A stretch of DNA of 64,000 nt from Cenarchaeum sp. (lineage in GTDB: Archaea; Thermoproteota; Nitrososphaeria; Nitrososphaerales; Nitrosopumilaceae), in assembly GCA_963693095.2 (NCBI GenBank), contig OY843768.1:32001-96000 (forward strand). The letters are read 5' to 3'. The notes below the pieces were generated by a model, which saw only the letters and a program-made list of their open reading frames with translations, was not told the origin of the DNA and searched no databases. Below, in pieces: positions 33,401 to 48,400 of the stretch (positions are counted from its first letter, which is position 1; the number at the start of each line of letters is the position of its first letter). The translations under genes were made by a program, and so were the position numbers.

Positions 33401-36400
33401 GCCGGCGCGCGGGTCGACGGGCCAAACCGCCTTCCGGCGCGCGTCGGCTCGGAGGTTCGCGTTGTGGCCACAGCAGACGAGCCACTCGACACGCTAGCCG
33501 GCGACATGGCCCTCTTTGGCGGCGCGCGGCTCTCGACGTCAGTTGCGGCCGTGGCCGGAGTGTCGCCGAACACGCACGCCTGGTCGACGACCCTGCGCAC
33601 CGGCGATCCCGAGGGCCCTGCCGAGTTTACGCTCATCCTGCGCGATCGCGCCTCCAACACGATAACGCTGACAGAGGCCGACCTGACCGTCAACTCGCTG
33701 GACTCGTCACGGGGACATCGCGTCACAGTCGACACGACACCGCCGCGCCTCCTGGCCGCAATGCCCACCTCGCAGTCGATGGCCACGCTCACGTTCAGCG
33801 AGCCCCTCCGCGCCTCGACGGTGAGGGCACCGGCGGCCTTCAGCGTTGCTGCCCCGACCGGCGTGGCGTCACCGACTAGCGTGTATGACACGGACGCCAC
33901 ACCGCTGGATCCCGCCCACGCCGAGGCGACACTCACACGCGGCTCGGGTGTGCTGACGCTGACTGGAGCGACATATGCCAGCGACACGTCAGTCCTCGTC
34001 ACGTTCAGCGAGGATCTCGATGGCACATCAGTCACAGACGGCGCGCTTGTCATCACGGGACCGGCTCCGTCGATGGCGACTCGCGCCATAATGTCGAGCA
34101 GCCCATCGCGCAATGCAGTCACGCTCACGCTGGACTCACCAGGACTTGACACCGATGGAGTCTATGCGGTGCGGGCCCTGGCCGCCTCCTCCTCCCAGGC
34201 AGGCGTGCGCGACACGGCCGGCCTGGCCCTGGCCACTGATGGCACCGTCGAGCTGCGCCGCACGACGGCTGCGCCATCGATTGCCGGTGCGGCGTACATT
34301 GATGACACGTCAGTCTCTGTCACGTTCAGCGAGGGTATCGACGCCTCGTCAGTGAGCGCAGGCGCGTTCTCTGTCACCGGACCGGCGCCGGCTGTGACAG
34401 CTCGCACAGTGACGTCAGCCACACTCGATGCGGCGTCTCCTGCCAACGCGATCCGCAATGTCATCACGCTCGGCCTCGCCGGGCCTGGACTGGACGCTGA
34501 CGGGACGTACACGGTGATGGCCCTGGCCGCCGCGTCGGCCGGTGATCCCGGCGTGCGCGACACGACGGGCACGGCCCTCGCTGGCCTCGGCACTGCCACG
34601 TTCGAGCGCGGTCCGGCACTCACGGCCGCGGCATACGTGAGTGACACGCAGATCACGCTCACATTCAGCGGCCCACTTGATGCCGCAACGCTTGGCGCCG
34701 GGAACTTTGCAGTCACCGGACCGGCGCCGGCTGCGACGCCGCGAACCGTCGCCTCGGCCACGCAGGGCAGCAGCGCCTCGGCCAACACCGTCACGCTCAC
34801 GCTCTCTGGCGCCGGCATGGAGACTGATGGCGTCTATACGGCCACGGCCTCGCCGCGCGTGGCCGGCACCGGCGGCGTGCCGCTCAACGCCGACCTTCGC
34901 GCCTCCACGCTGGGCAGGGACACAAGTGCCCCCACGCTAGTCAGCGCCGAGCATCTTGGCGACACGCTGATTCGCCTGACGTTCAGCGAGGGCATCGACG
35001 CCGCATCAGTGGGCGCAAATGCGTTCATGGTTGTCGGACCGTCGCCGATGTCGACAGTTCTCACCGTGACGTCGGCCACACTCGATGCGGCATCTGCTGC
35101 CAACGCGCACCAGACTGTCGTCACGCTCACGCTCGCCTCTCCTGGACTGGACGCCGACGGCACGTACCTGGTGACTACCCTGGCCGCCGCGTCTGCCGGT
35201 GATCCCGGCGTGCGCGACACGACGGGCACGGCACTCTCGACGGTCGGCACGGCGTTTGCCCTGCGCACCCAGGCGGCGCCGCGCCTCCTCGGCGCCGAGT
35301 ATGTGAGCGGGACGTCTGCGACACTCACGTTTAGCGCCGAGCCCGGTGCTGCGCTGGCAGTGCCTGCGACATTTACCGTCACCGGACCGGCACCGGCCAC
35401 GACACCGCGCACCGTCGCATCGGCCATGCAGGGCAGCGGCGCCTCGGCCAACACGCTCACGCTCACGTTTGCGAGCCCCGGACTTGATGCAGAGGGCACA
35501 TACACGCTTCGCGCGTCTGGTTCGGCCACGCTCATAGATCCTGCCCATGCCGAGGCGATGATTGTGCGCGACACCGTCGCGCCGACGCTCATAGGCGCCA
35601 CATACCTGAATGACGCGTCGATTCGCCTGACGTTCAGCGAGGGCCTTGATGCGCATACCGTCCTGGCATCAGCCTTTGCCGTCACCGGTCCGGCTCCGGG
35701 CGAGGACGGCATAGGGGTCGTCGGCGCGACACTTGACGCGGCGCCTGCGTCCAACGCGCAGAGGACCACTGTCACGCTCACACTCGCGCCGCCGGGACTG
35801 GACGCTGACGGGACGTACACGGTGACTGCCCTGGCCTCCGAACACCCTGGTGATCCCGGCGTGCGCGACACGACAGGGACCGCACTCGAGTCAGCCGCGC
35901 AGGGCACTGTGGTGAGAACCATGACCTCACCGCGCCTCCTTGGCGCCTCATACGTGAGTGACACGTCGATCACACTAGAGTTCAGCGAGAGCCTTGATGC
36001 GGCCTCGGTGAGCGGCGCGGCCTTTGCGGTCTCCGGCCCGCTGCACTCTAGCGCGTCGTTGCCGGTGGACTCGGCGACGCTGGATACTGCCGCCCCGGAC
36101 GGCTCGCGCCGCACCGTCACGCTCACGCTCGCCTCGCCGGGACTTGACACTGATGGCACGTACACAATAACAGCATCGGCGATCATGGCGTCATATTCAG
36201 AGGGTTCGCGCGAGGCGCGCATTTTGCTCAGCCCTGACCTTGGCATGGGCGTGTACACGATCACGCCGCCGGCGACTGTCGCAGACATTGCGGGCAACGT
36301 GCCGGCGGCGTATGGCGCCGGCGAGATCCACTATGAAGATGTCGCCTCGACAGTCACCGTGATGACGCGCGTCCTAGTCGACGGCGAGCTCGTCGCGGCC

Positions 36401-39400
36401 GACGCAAAGGCCGGCGCGACGCTTGTCATCGTGCTAGAGGCTGATGAGCCCATATCCGTGGTCAGCGCATCGCTCCTTGGCGACGCGGCCCTCCCGCCCA
36501 CGTCGATCGTGGGCGAGGGCACGTCGTGGCAGATACGCCGGACGATAGCAGACGGTGACGCCGAGGGTCCAGTCGAGTTTGCGATCACGGTTCGTGACAC
36601 GGCCCTCGTGCCAAACGAGACGATGCTGACGCACGAGGACATTGCCGACGGCGAGCATCATGTCGAGATCGACACGACGCCCCTGACGTTTACGGCAGTC
36701 ACAAGGCCCGGACCATGGCCAATTCCGGCATCTAGGACAGCAGCCAGTGTTCCGCCTGATGCAACGAGAACCATAGTGACGATCAGCGAGGCACTCCAGC
36801 CCTCTGTCGACGTGGGAATGTCAATCGACACGAACAAGTGGATTCTCCTTGACAATCCTTTCTCCTTTCAATCGCCGACGGCAACCTCGACTAGACTGCC
36901 AACCGTTGGCGGAACCCTCCTCGTTTCAAGTGCGACGGTTCTCACGCTGGGTGACTCGCCGACAATAGAGCTGATTCACCCCCCATCTTTTGGAACGCAT
37001 CAACCCATTGTGACCTATCATCCAGAGGCCGGCGACGCGCCGCCTCTTTTGCTCGACACCGCACTTAACGGCCCGTCCCTCCGTGATTTGATGGGCAGCG
37101 GCCTTGTTCATTTTGAGGACGTGGCCTGGACTGTCTCTGCTGATGAGGTTCCGCCATACCTTTATGCCTTTATCCGAGATGACAACACAATACTGTGGCT
37201 TGCGACCGAGTATATAGAACGGCCACCCCCTCAATCCATCTGCGACACACCCCGCACGACATGCACCAATCCTGCCTTGCTTGCCTATGAGGACTGGACA
37301 ATCGAGCTCGTCGATCACCACTCCCACGACACGCCGGCGCGCCACGTGGCTCACTTTCACCCTGACAGGAGCGCCTCCTTTAGTGGTATAGGTTTGGATC
37401 AAGGCATCCCCAACACAGGGTCAAGTTCCTTCAGTTATGTATACCCGGAGGGCGCTATGAGGTCGCAGGACTTTGTCTACTTTACATACTCGCCCCCGGA
37501 GCAAGGTGCTTTTGAGCACCCTTCGTCGTGGTGGGATCGTTCAGGCAACTACATGGAGGCACAGACATGGCTAGTTGGCCGTAACGTGGCTCCCGGCGCA
37601 GCCGAACTTGGGCTCACCGTCCTGCGTGATGACACTGATGACGGCATGGAGAACTATGTCGCTCGCACGGGGCCGTTTGCGTCGTATGCGCGAGCCGGCG
37701 ACAGGATTGCCATAGATCTCGTGCTGGATGGGTCGCCTAGCCGACAAGTCCGGCCAACGATGTCGTTCTTTGGCGGCGTGACGTGGTCTGCTGCGCCACT
37801 AGAGACCCGAAATGACCAAGGGCAAATCAGCGCGGAAACCAACCCATTCCCCTTGTGGTCCGGACCTGAGCCGGGACTCAGAGTCGACAACAGGATTCCG
37901 ATGGTGGCCTTGCTGGAGCTCAGGGAGTGGTCTGGCACGCTCAACGTCTCGGACGGGCGGCCAAGCACGGAGGGCCGCGTGCCCTTTGCGATAGGCGTCA
38001 CAGGCATCGGGGGCGCGAGTCGCACGATTGCCAACGACGCCATCACTGATGACTCGTTCGCCGAGATCGACCTTACGCCGCCATCGAGGCCGATCGCGGC
38101 GTTTGGGGCCGGCGGGAGGACCATAGTGCTCTCCTTTGATGAGCCCCTGGACTTTTCGCGCGCGGCCTCGGCGTTTGGCGTGGCAGTCGAGGATACGCCA
38201 GTGGCCCTTGATGCTGATACGCCGCCGGCATATGACGCCGTGACGCAGAGCGTGACGATATCCCTCGAGGAGGCAGCCAGCGACGGGATTTACACCGTGA
38301 GCATATCAAGGGACCTGACTGACAGGGCGACGAACGCGTACGTCGACGGCGACGTTATGCTCAGCATTGACACGAACGCGCCGACTGCGTCAAACGCGAG
38401 GTTCTCTGATGCGGCAACGATCCTGTTTGACGTGAGCGAGCCGCTTGATGACTCGACGCTCAACAATGGCAACGTTTCTGTCGTGACCGTCTCGGATCTC
38501 AATGCGCTCTCCTCCGGGAGAGCCGGCCTTGTCGTGTCAGTTGCCACGGAGTTCAGGGCAACAGAGGGCCAGACCGTCACAGTCGGCATACCGGCTGCGG
38601 TGACGGACTCTTCAGGGCGCGCCTTTGTGCCAACAGAGCTCGAGGCAACATACGGGGGCGATCCGCCCGAGCTGATTCGTGCCGCGTACGTTTCTGACAC
38701 GTCGGTTCGCCTGACGTTCAACGAGGATCTCCTTGCGACATCAGTCACGCCGACTGCGTTTAGCGCAATGGGTCCGGCAAGGGACTCCGAAGCGCTCCGA
38801 GTCGTTGGCGCAACACCTGTCGCCGGCTCTCCGGCCTCCACGATGGTCATGCTAGAGTCACCGGGCATGGATTCTGACGGGACGTACACGTTCACTGCGA
38901 TCGCCGCCATGGACGAGACGGCCGTCGGGGTTCGTGATGCCATCCGCCTGCCACTTGCGGTGGCAGCCACTGCTGACGTTATGCGCAATCCTCTCTCGCC
39001 TTCGATCGAGTCGGCCGCATATGTCAGCAACACGGGGATCACAGTCACGATCACCGAGGACGTCAGTGCTGCCACAGTCAGGCCTGCAGCCTTTACGCTC
39101 ACAGGCCCAAAACCGTCAACAGAGGCACGCGACATAATGACTGCGACGCTCAATTCGGAGGCTGCCGAAGGGGAGCGAAGGGTCATAACGCTTGGTCTAG
39201 TGTCACCAGGCATGATATTTGACGGCATATACGAGCTCACCGCACTCGAGGCCGCCGCCGACGGTGATGCCGGACTGCGTGACCTAGTAGACACGCCAGT
39301 ATCGCCTCCAGACAAGGTTGACATCACCCGCTCGGAGGACGACCTGACGCTCGTCTCGGCGGCGCGCGTCGACGACACCACGATCGACGTCACGTTCAGC

Positions 39401-42400
39401 GAGGGCATCGCCTCGGACTCGATCGCGCCGGCGGCCTTTGAGCTGCACGGCCCGAGGCCCTCGGGCCAGCCCGACGGCGTCAACGGCGCCGAGATCGGCA
39501 TCACGGGCGCCGCGCTCCGCACGACGGACAACGCGCGCTCGGAGGTCGTCAGGCTCACGCTGGCCGCCGGCGCGGGGCTCATGCACGACGGCGTGTACAC
39601 GGTCACGGCGCTCGAGGACGACGCGGACGACGACGGCGTGCGCTCCGTGACGGGCGAGGCCCTGGACGACGACGAGACGGCCGAGTTCACCCGCTCGGAG
39701 GACGACCTGACGCTCGTCTCGGCGGCGCGCGTCGACGACACCACGATCGACGTCACGTTCAGCGAGGGCATCGCCTCGGACTCGATCGCGCCGGCGGCCT
39801 TTGAGCTGCACGGCCCGAGGCCCTCGGGCCAGCCCGACGGCGTCAACGGCGCCGAGATCGGCATCACGGGCGCCGCGCTCCGCACGACGGACAACGCGCG
39901 CTCGGAGGTCGTCAGGCTCACGCTGGCCGCCGGCGCGGGGCTCATGCACGACGGCGTGTACACGGTCACGGCGCTCGAGGACGACGCGGACGACGACGGC
40001 GTGCGCTCCGTGACGGGCGAGGCCCTGGACGACGACGAGACGGCCGAGTTCACCCGCTCGGAGGACGACCTGACGCTCGTCTCGGCGGCGCGCGTCGACG
40101 ACACCACGATCGACGTCACGTTCAGCGAGGGCATCGCCTCGGACTCGATCGCGCCGGCGGCCTTTGAGCTGCACGGCCCGAGGCCCTCGGGCCAGCCCGA
40201 CGGCGTCAACGGCGCCGAGATCGGCATCACGGGCGCCGCGCTCCGCACGACGGACAACGCGCGCTCGGAGGTCGTCAGGCTCACGCTGGCCGCCGGCGCG
40301 GGGCTCATGCACGACGGCGTGTACACGGTCACGGCGCTCGAGGACGACGCGGACGACGACGGCGTGCGCTCCGTGACGGGCATGGCCCTGGACGACGACG
40401 AGACGGCCGAGTTCACCCGCTCGGAGGACGACCTGACGCTCGTCTCGGCGGCGCGCGTCGACGACACCACGATCGACGTCACGTTCAGCGAGGGCATCGC
40501 CTCGGACTCGATCGCGCCGGCGGCCTTTGAGCTGCACGGCCCGAGGCCCTCGGGCCAGCCCGACGGCGTCAACGGCGCCGAGATCGGCATCACGGGCGCC
40601 GCGCTCCGCACGACGGACAACGCGCGCTCGGAGGTCGTCAGGCTCACGCTGGCCGCCGGCGCGGGGCTCATGCACGACGGCGTGTACACGGTCACGGCGC
40701 TCGAGGACGACGCGGACGACGACGGCGTGCGCTCCGTGACGGGCGAGGCCCTGGACGACGACGAGACGGCCGAGTTCACCCGCTCGGAGGACGACCTGAC
40801 GCTCGTCTCGGCGGCGCGCGTCGACGACACCACGATCGACGTCACGTTCAGCGAGGGCATCGCCTCGGACTCGATCGCGCCGGCGGCCTTTGAGCTGCAC
40901 GGCCCGAGGCCCTCGGGCCAGCCCGACGGCGTCAACGGCGCCGAGATCGGCATCACGGGCGCCGCGCTCCGCACGACGGACAACGCGCGCTCGGAGGTCG
41001 TCAGGCTCACGCTGGCCGCCGGCGCGGGGCTCATGCACGACGGCGTGTACACGGTCACGGCGCTCGAGGACGACGCGGACGACGACGGCGTGCGCTCCGT
41101 GACGGGCATGGCCCTGGACGACGACGAGACGGCCGAGTTCACCCGCTCGGAGGACGACCTGACGCTCGTCTCGGCGGCGCGCGTCGACGACACCACGATC
41201 GACGTCACGTTCAGCGAGGGCATCGCCTCGGACTCGATCGCGCCGGCGGCCTTTGAGCTGCACGGCCCGAGGCCCTCGGGCCAGCCCGACGGCGTCAACG
41301 GCGCCGAGATCGGCATCACGGGCGCCGCGCTCCGCACGACGGACAACGCGCGCTCGGAGGTCGTCAGGCTCACGCTGGCCGCCGGCGCGGGGCTCATGCA
41401 CGACGGCGTGTACACGGTCACGGCGCTCGAGGACGACGCGGACGACGACGGCGTGCGCTCCGTGACGGGCATGGCCCTGGACGACGACGAGACGGCCGAG
41501 TTCACCCGCTCGGAGGACGACCTGACGCTCGTCTCGGCGGCGCGCGTCGACGACACCACGATCGACGTCACGTTCAGCGAGGGCATCGCCTCGGACTCGA
41601 TCGCGCCGGCGGCCTTTGAGCTGCACGGCCCGAGGCCCTCGGGCCAGCCCGACGGCGTCAACGGCGCCGAGATCGGCATCACGGGCGCCGCGCTCCGCAC
41701 GACGGACAACGCGCGCTCGGAGGTCGTCAGGCTCACGCTGGCCGCCGGCGCGGGGCTCATGCACGACGGCGTGTACACGGTCACGGCGCTCGAGGACGAC
41801 GCGGACGACGACGGCGTGCGCTCCGTGACGGGCGAGGCCCTGGACGACGACGAGACGGCCGAGTTCACCCGCTCGGAGGACGACCTGACGCTCGTCTCGG
41901 CGGCGCGCGTCGACGACACCACGATCGACGTCACGTTCAGCGAGGGCATCGCCTCGGACTCGATCGCGCCGGCGGCCTTTGAGCTGCACGGCCCGAGGCC
42001 CTCGGGCCAGCCCGACGGCGTCAACGGCGCCGAGATCGGCATCACGGGCGCCGCGCTCCGCACGACGGACAACGCGCGCTCGGAGGTCGTCAGGCTCACG
42101 CTGGCCGCCGGCGCGGGGCTCATGCACGACGGCGTGTACACGGTCACGGCGCTCGAGGACGACGCGGACGACGACGGCGTGCGCTCCGTGACGGGCGAGG
42201 CCCTGGACGACGACGAGACGGCCGAGTTCACCCGCTCGGAGGACGACCTGACGCTCGTCTCGGCGGCGCGCGTCGACGACACCACGATCGACGTCACGTT
42301 CAGCGAGGGCATCGCCTCGGACTCGATCGCGCCGGCGGCCTTTGAGCTGCACGGCCCGAGGCCCTCGGGCCAGCCCGACGGCGTCAACGGCGCCGAGATC

Positions 42401-45400
42401 GGCATCACGGGCGCCGCGCTCCGCACGACGGACAACGCGCGCTCGGAGGTCGTCAGGCTCACGCTGGCCGCCGGCGCGGGGCTAATGCACGACGGCGTGT
42501 ACACGGTCACGGCGCTCGAGGACGACGCGGACGACGACGGCGTGCGCTCCGTGACGGGCGAGGCCCTGGACGACGACGAGACGGCCGAGTTCACCCGCTC
42601 GGAGGACGACCTGACGCTCGTCTCGGCGGCGCGCGTCGACGACACCACGATCGACGTCACGTTCAGCGAGGGCATCGCCTCGGACTCGATCGCGCCGGCG
42701 GCCTTTGAGCTGCACGGCCCGAGGCCCTCGGGCCAGCCCGACGGCGTCAACGGCGCCGAGATCGGCATCACGGGCGCCGCGCTCCGCACGACGGACAACG
42801 CGCGCTCGGAGGTCGTCAGGCTCACGCTGGCCGCCGGCGCGGGGCTAATGCACGACGGCGTGTACACGGTCACGGCGCTCGAGGACGACGCGGACGACGA
42901 CGGCGTGCGCTCCGTGACGGGCGAGGCCCTGGACGACGACGAGACGGCCGAGTTCACCCGCTCGGAGGACGACCTGACGCTCGTCTCGGCGGCGCGCGTC
43001 GACGACACCACGATCGACGTCACGTTCAGCGAGGGCATCGCCTCGGACTCGATCGCGCCGGCGGCCTTTGAGCTGCACGGCCCGAGGCCCTCGGGCCAGC
43101 CCGACGGCGTCAACGGCGCCGAGATCGGCATCACGGGCGCCGCGCTCCGCACGACGGACAACGCGCGCTCGGAGGTCGTCAGGCTCACGCTGGCCGCCGG
43201 CGCGGGGCTCATGCACGACGGCGTGTACACGGTCACGGCGCTCGAGGACGACGCGGACGACGACGGCGTGCGCTCCGTGACGGGCGAGGCCCTGGACGAC
43301 GACGAGACGGCCGAGTTCACCCGCTCGGAGGACGACCTGACGCTCGTCTCGGCGGCGCGCGTCGACGACACCACGATCGACGTCACGTTCAGCGAGGGCA
43401 TCGCCTCGGACTCGATCGCGCCGGCGGCCTTTGAGCTGCACGGCCCGAGGCCCTCGGGCCAGCCCGACGGCGTCAACGGCGCCGAGATCGGCATCACGGG
43501 CGCCGCGCTCCGCACGACGGACAACGCGCGCTCGGAGGTCGTCAGGCTCACGCTGGCCGCCGGCGCGGGGCTAATGCACGACGGCGTGTACACGGTCACG
43601 GCGCTCGAGGACGACGCGGACGACGACGGCGTGCGCTCCGTGACGGGCGAGGCCCTGGACGACGACGAGACGGCCGAGTTCACCCGCTCGGAGGACGACC
43701 TGACGCTCGTCTCGGCGGCGCGCGTCGACGACACCACGATCGACGTCACGTTCAGCGAGGGCATCGCCTCGGACTCGATCGCGCCGGCGGCCTTTGAGCT
43801 GCACGGCCCGAGGCCCTCGGGCCAGCCCGACGGCGTCAACGGCGCCGAGATCGGCATCACGGGCGCCGCGCTCCGCACGACGGACAACGCGCGCTCGGAG
43901 GTCGTCAGGCTCACGCTGGCCGCCGGCGCGGGGCTCATGCACGACGGCGTGTACACGGTCACGGCGCTCGAGGACGACGCGGACGACGACGGCGTGCGCT
44001 CCGTGACGGGCATGGCCCTGGACGACGACGAGACGGCCGAGTTCACCCGCTCGGAGGACGACCTGACGCTCGTCTCGGCGGCGCGCGTCGACGACACCAC
44101 GATCGACGTCACGTTCAGCGAGGGCATCGCCTCGGACTCGATCGCGCCGGCGGCCTTTGAGCTGCACGGCCCGAGGCCCTCGGGCCAGCCCGACGGCGTC
44201 AACGGCGCCGAGATCGGCATCACGGGCGCCGCGCTCCGCACGACGGACAACGCGCGCTCGGAGGTCGTCAGGCTCACGCTGGCCGCCGGCGCGGGGCTCA
44301 TGCACGACGGCGTGTACACGGTCACGGCGCTCGAGGACGACGCGGACGACGACGGCGTGCGCTCCGTGACGGGCGAGGCCCTGGACGACGACGAGACGGC
44401 CGAGTTCACCCGCTCGGAGGACGACCTGACGCTCGTCTCGGCGGCGCGCGTCGACGACACCACGATCGACGTCACGTTCAGCGAGGGCATCGCCTCGGAC
44501 TCGATCGCGCCGGCGGCCTTTGAGCTGCACGGCCCGAGGCCCTCGGGCCAGCCCGACGGCGTCAACGGCGCCGAGATCGGCATCACGGGCGCCGCGCTCC
44601 GCACGACGGACAACGCGCGCTCGGAGGTCGTCAGGCTCACGCTGGCCGCCGGCGCGGGGCTCATGCACGACGGCGTGTACACGGTCACGGCGCTCGAGGA
44701 CGACGCGGACGACGACGGCGTGCGCTCCGTGACGGGCATGGCCCTGGACGACGACGAGACGGCCGAGTTCACCCGCTCGGAGGACGACCTGACGCTCGTC
44801 TCGGCGGCGCGCGTCGACGACACCACGATCGACGTCACGTTCAGCGAGGGCATCGCCTCGGACTCGATCGCGCCGGCGGCCTTTGAGCTGCACGGCCCGA
44901 GGCCCTCGGGCCAGCCCGACGGCGTCAACGGCGCCGAGATCGGCATCACGGGCGCCGCGCTCCGCACGACGGACAACGCGCGCTCGGAGATCGTCAGGCT
45001 CACGCTGGCCGCCGGCGCGGGGCTCATGCACGACGGCGTGTACACGGTCACGGCGCTCGAGGACGACGCGGACGACGACGGCGTGCGCTCCGTGACGGGC
45101 GAGGCCCTGGACGACGACGAGACGGCCGAGTTCACCCGCTCGGAGGACGACCTGTCGCTCGTCTCGGCGGCGCGCGTCGACGACACCACGATCGACGTCA
45201 CGTTCAGCGAGGGCATCGCCTCGGACTCGATCGCGCCGGCGGCCTTTGAGCTGCACGGCCCGAGGCCCTCGGGCCAGCCCGACGGCGTCAACGGCGCCGA
45301 GATCGGCATCACGGGCGCCGCGCTCCGCACGACGGACAACGCGCGCTCGGAGGTCGTCAGGCTCACGCTGGCCGCCGGCGCGGGGCTCATGCACGACGGC

Positions 45401-48400
45401 GTGTACACGGTCACGGCGCTCGAGGACGACGCGGACGACGACGGCGTGCGCTCCGTGACGGGCATGGCCCTGGACGACGACGAGACGGCCGAGTTCACCC
45501 GCTCGGAGGACGACCTGACGCTCGTCTCGGCGGCGCGCGTCGACGACACCACGATCGACGTCACGTTCAGCGAGGGCATCGCCTCGGACTCGATCGCGCC
45601 GGCGGCCTTTGAGCTGCACGGCCCGAGGCCCTCGGGCCAGCCCGACGGCGTCAACGGCGCCGAGATCGGCATCACGGGCGCCGCGCTCCGCACGACGGAC
45701 AACGCGCGCTCGGAGGTCGTCAGGCTCACGCTGGCCGCCGGCGCGGGGCTCATGCACGACGGCGTGTACACGGTCACGGCGCTCGAGGACGACGCGGACG
45801 ACGACGGCGTGCGCTCCGTGACGGGCGAGGCCCTGGACGACGACGAGACGGCCGAGTTCACCCGCTCGGAGGACGACCTGACGCTCGTCTCGGCGGCGCG
45901 CGTCGACGACACCACGATCGACGTCACGTTCAGCGAGGGCATCGCCTCGGACTCGATCGCGCCGGCGGCCTTTGAGCTGCACGGCCCGAGGCCCTCGGGC
46001 CAGCCCGACGGCGTCAACGGCGCCGAGATCGGCATCACGGGCGCCGCGCTCCGCACGACGGACAACGCGCGCTCGGAGGTCGTCAGGCTCACGCTGGCCG
46101 CCGGCGCGGGGCTCATGCACGACGGCGTGTACACGGTCACGGCGCTCGAGGACGACGCGGACGACGACGGCGTGCGCTCCGTGACGGGCGAGGCCCTGGA
46201 CGACGACGAGACGGCCGAGTTCACCCGCTCGGAGGACGACCTGACGCTCGTCTCGGCGGCGCGCGTCGACGACACCACGATCGACGTCACGTTCAGCGAG
46301 GGCATCGCCTCGGACTCGATCGCGCCGGCGGCCTTTGAGCTGCACGGCCCGAGGCCCTCGGGCCAGCCCGACGGCGTCAACGGCGCCGAGATCGGCATCA
46401 CGGGCGCCGCGCTCCGCACGACGGACAACGCGCGCTCGGAGGTCGTCAGGCTCACGCTGGCCGCCGGCGCGGGGCTCATGCACGACGGCGTGTACACGGT
46501 CACGGCGCTCGAGGACGACGCGGACGACGACGGCGTGCGCTCCGTGACGGGCGAGGCCCTGGACGACGACGAGACGGCCGAGTTCACCCGCTCGGAGGAC
46601 GACCTGACGCTCGTCTCGGCGGCGCGCGTCGACGACACCACGATCGACGTCACGTTCAGCGAGGGCATCGCCTCGGACTCGATCGCGCCGGCGGCCTTTG
46701 AGCTGCACGGCCCGAGGCCCTCGGGCCAGCCCGACGGCGTCAACGGCGCCGAGATCGGCATCACGGGCGCCGCGCTCCGCACGACGGACAACGCGCGCTC
46801 GGAGGTCGTCAGGCTCACGCTGGCCGCCGGCGCGGGGCTCATGCACGACGGCGTGTACACGGTCACGGCGCTCGAGGACGACGCGGACGACGACGGCGTG
46901 CGCTCCGTGACGGGCGAGGCCCTGGACGACGACGAGACGGCCGAGTTCACCCGCTCGGAGGACGACCTGACGCTCGTCTCGGCGGCGCGCGTCGACGACA
47001 CCACGATCGACGTCACGTTCAGCGAGGGCATCGCCTCGGACTCGATCGCGCCGGCGGCCTTTGAGCTGCACGGCCCGAGGCCCTCGGGCCAGCCCGACGG
47101 CGTCAACGGCGCCGAGATCGGCATCACGGGCGCCGCGCTCCGCACGACGGACAACGCGCGCTCGGAGGTCGTCAGGCTCACGCTGGCCGCCGGCGCGGGG
47201 CTAATGCACGACGGCGTGTACACGGTCACGGCGCTCGAGGACGACGCGGACGACGACGGCGTGCGCTCCGTGACGGGCGAGGCCCTGGACGACGACGAGA
47301 CGGCCGAGTTCACCCGCTCGGAGGACGACCTGTCGCTCGTCTCGGCGGCGCGCGTCGACGACACCACGATCGACGTCACGTTCAGCGAGGGCATCGCCTC
47401 GGACTCGATCGCGCCGGCGGCCTTTGAGCTGCACGGCCCGAGGCCCTCGGGCCAGCCCGACGGCGTCAACGGCGCCGAGATCGGCATCACGGGCGCCGCG
47501 CTCCGCACGACGGACAACGCGCGCTCGGAGGTCGTCAGGCTCACGCTGGCCGCCGGCGCGGGGCTAATGCACGACGGCGTGTACACGGTCACGGCGCTCG
47601 AGGACGACGCGGACGACGACGGCGTGCGCTCCGTGACGGGCGAGGCCCTGGACGACGACGAGACGGCCGAGTTCACCCGCTCGGAGGACGACCTGACGCT
47701 CGTCTCGGCGGCGCGCGTCGACGACACCACGATCGACGTCACGTTCAGCGAGGGCATCGCCTCGGACTCGATCGCGCCGGCGGCCTTTGAGCTGCACGGC
47801 CCGAGGCCCTCGGGCCAGCCCGACGGCGTCAACGGCGCCGAGATCGGCATCACGGGCGCCGCGCTCCGCACGACGGACAACGCGCGCTCGGAGGTCGTCA
47901 GGCTCACGCTGGCCGCCGGCGCGGGGCTAATGCACGACGGCGTGTACACGGTCACGGCGCTCGAGGACGACGCGGACGACGACGGCGTGCGCTCCGTGAC
48001 GGGCGAGGCCCTGGACGACGACGAGACGGCCGAGTTCACCCGCTCGGAGGACGACCTGTCGCTCGTCTCGGCGGCGCGCGTCGACGACACCACGATCGAC
48101 GTCACGTTCAGCGAGGGCATCGCCTCGGACTCGATCGCGCCGGCGGCCTTTGAGCTGCACGGCCCGAGGCCCTCGGGCCAGCCCGACGGCGTCAACGGCG
48201 CCGAGATCGGCATCACGGGCGCCGCGCTCCGCACGACGGACAACGCGCGCTCGGAGGTCGTCAGGCTCACGCTGGCCGCCGGCGCGGGGCTCATGCACGA
48301 CGGCGTGTACACGGTCACGGCGCTCGAGGACGACGCGGACGACGACGGCGTGCGCTCCGTGACGGGCATGGCCCTGGACGACGACGAGACGGCCGAGTTC

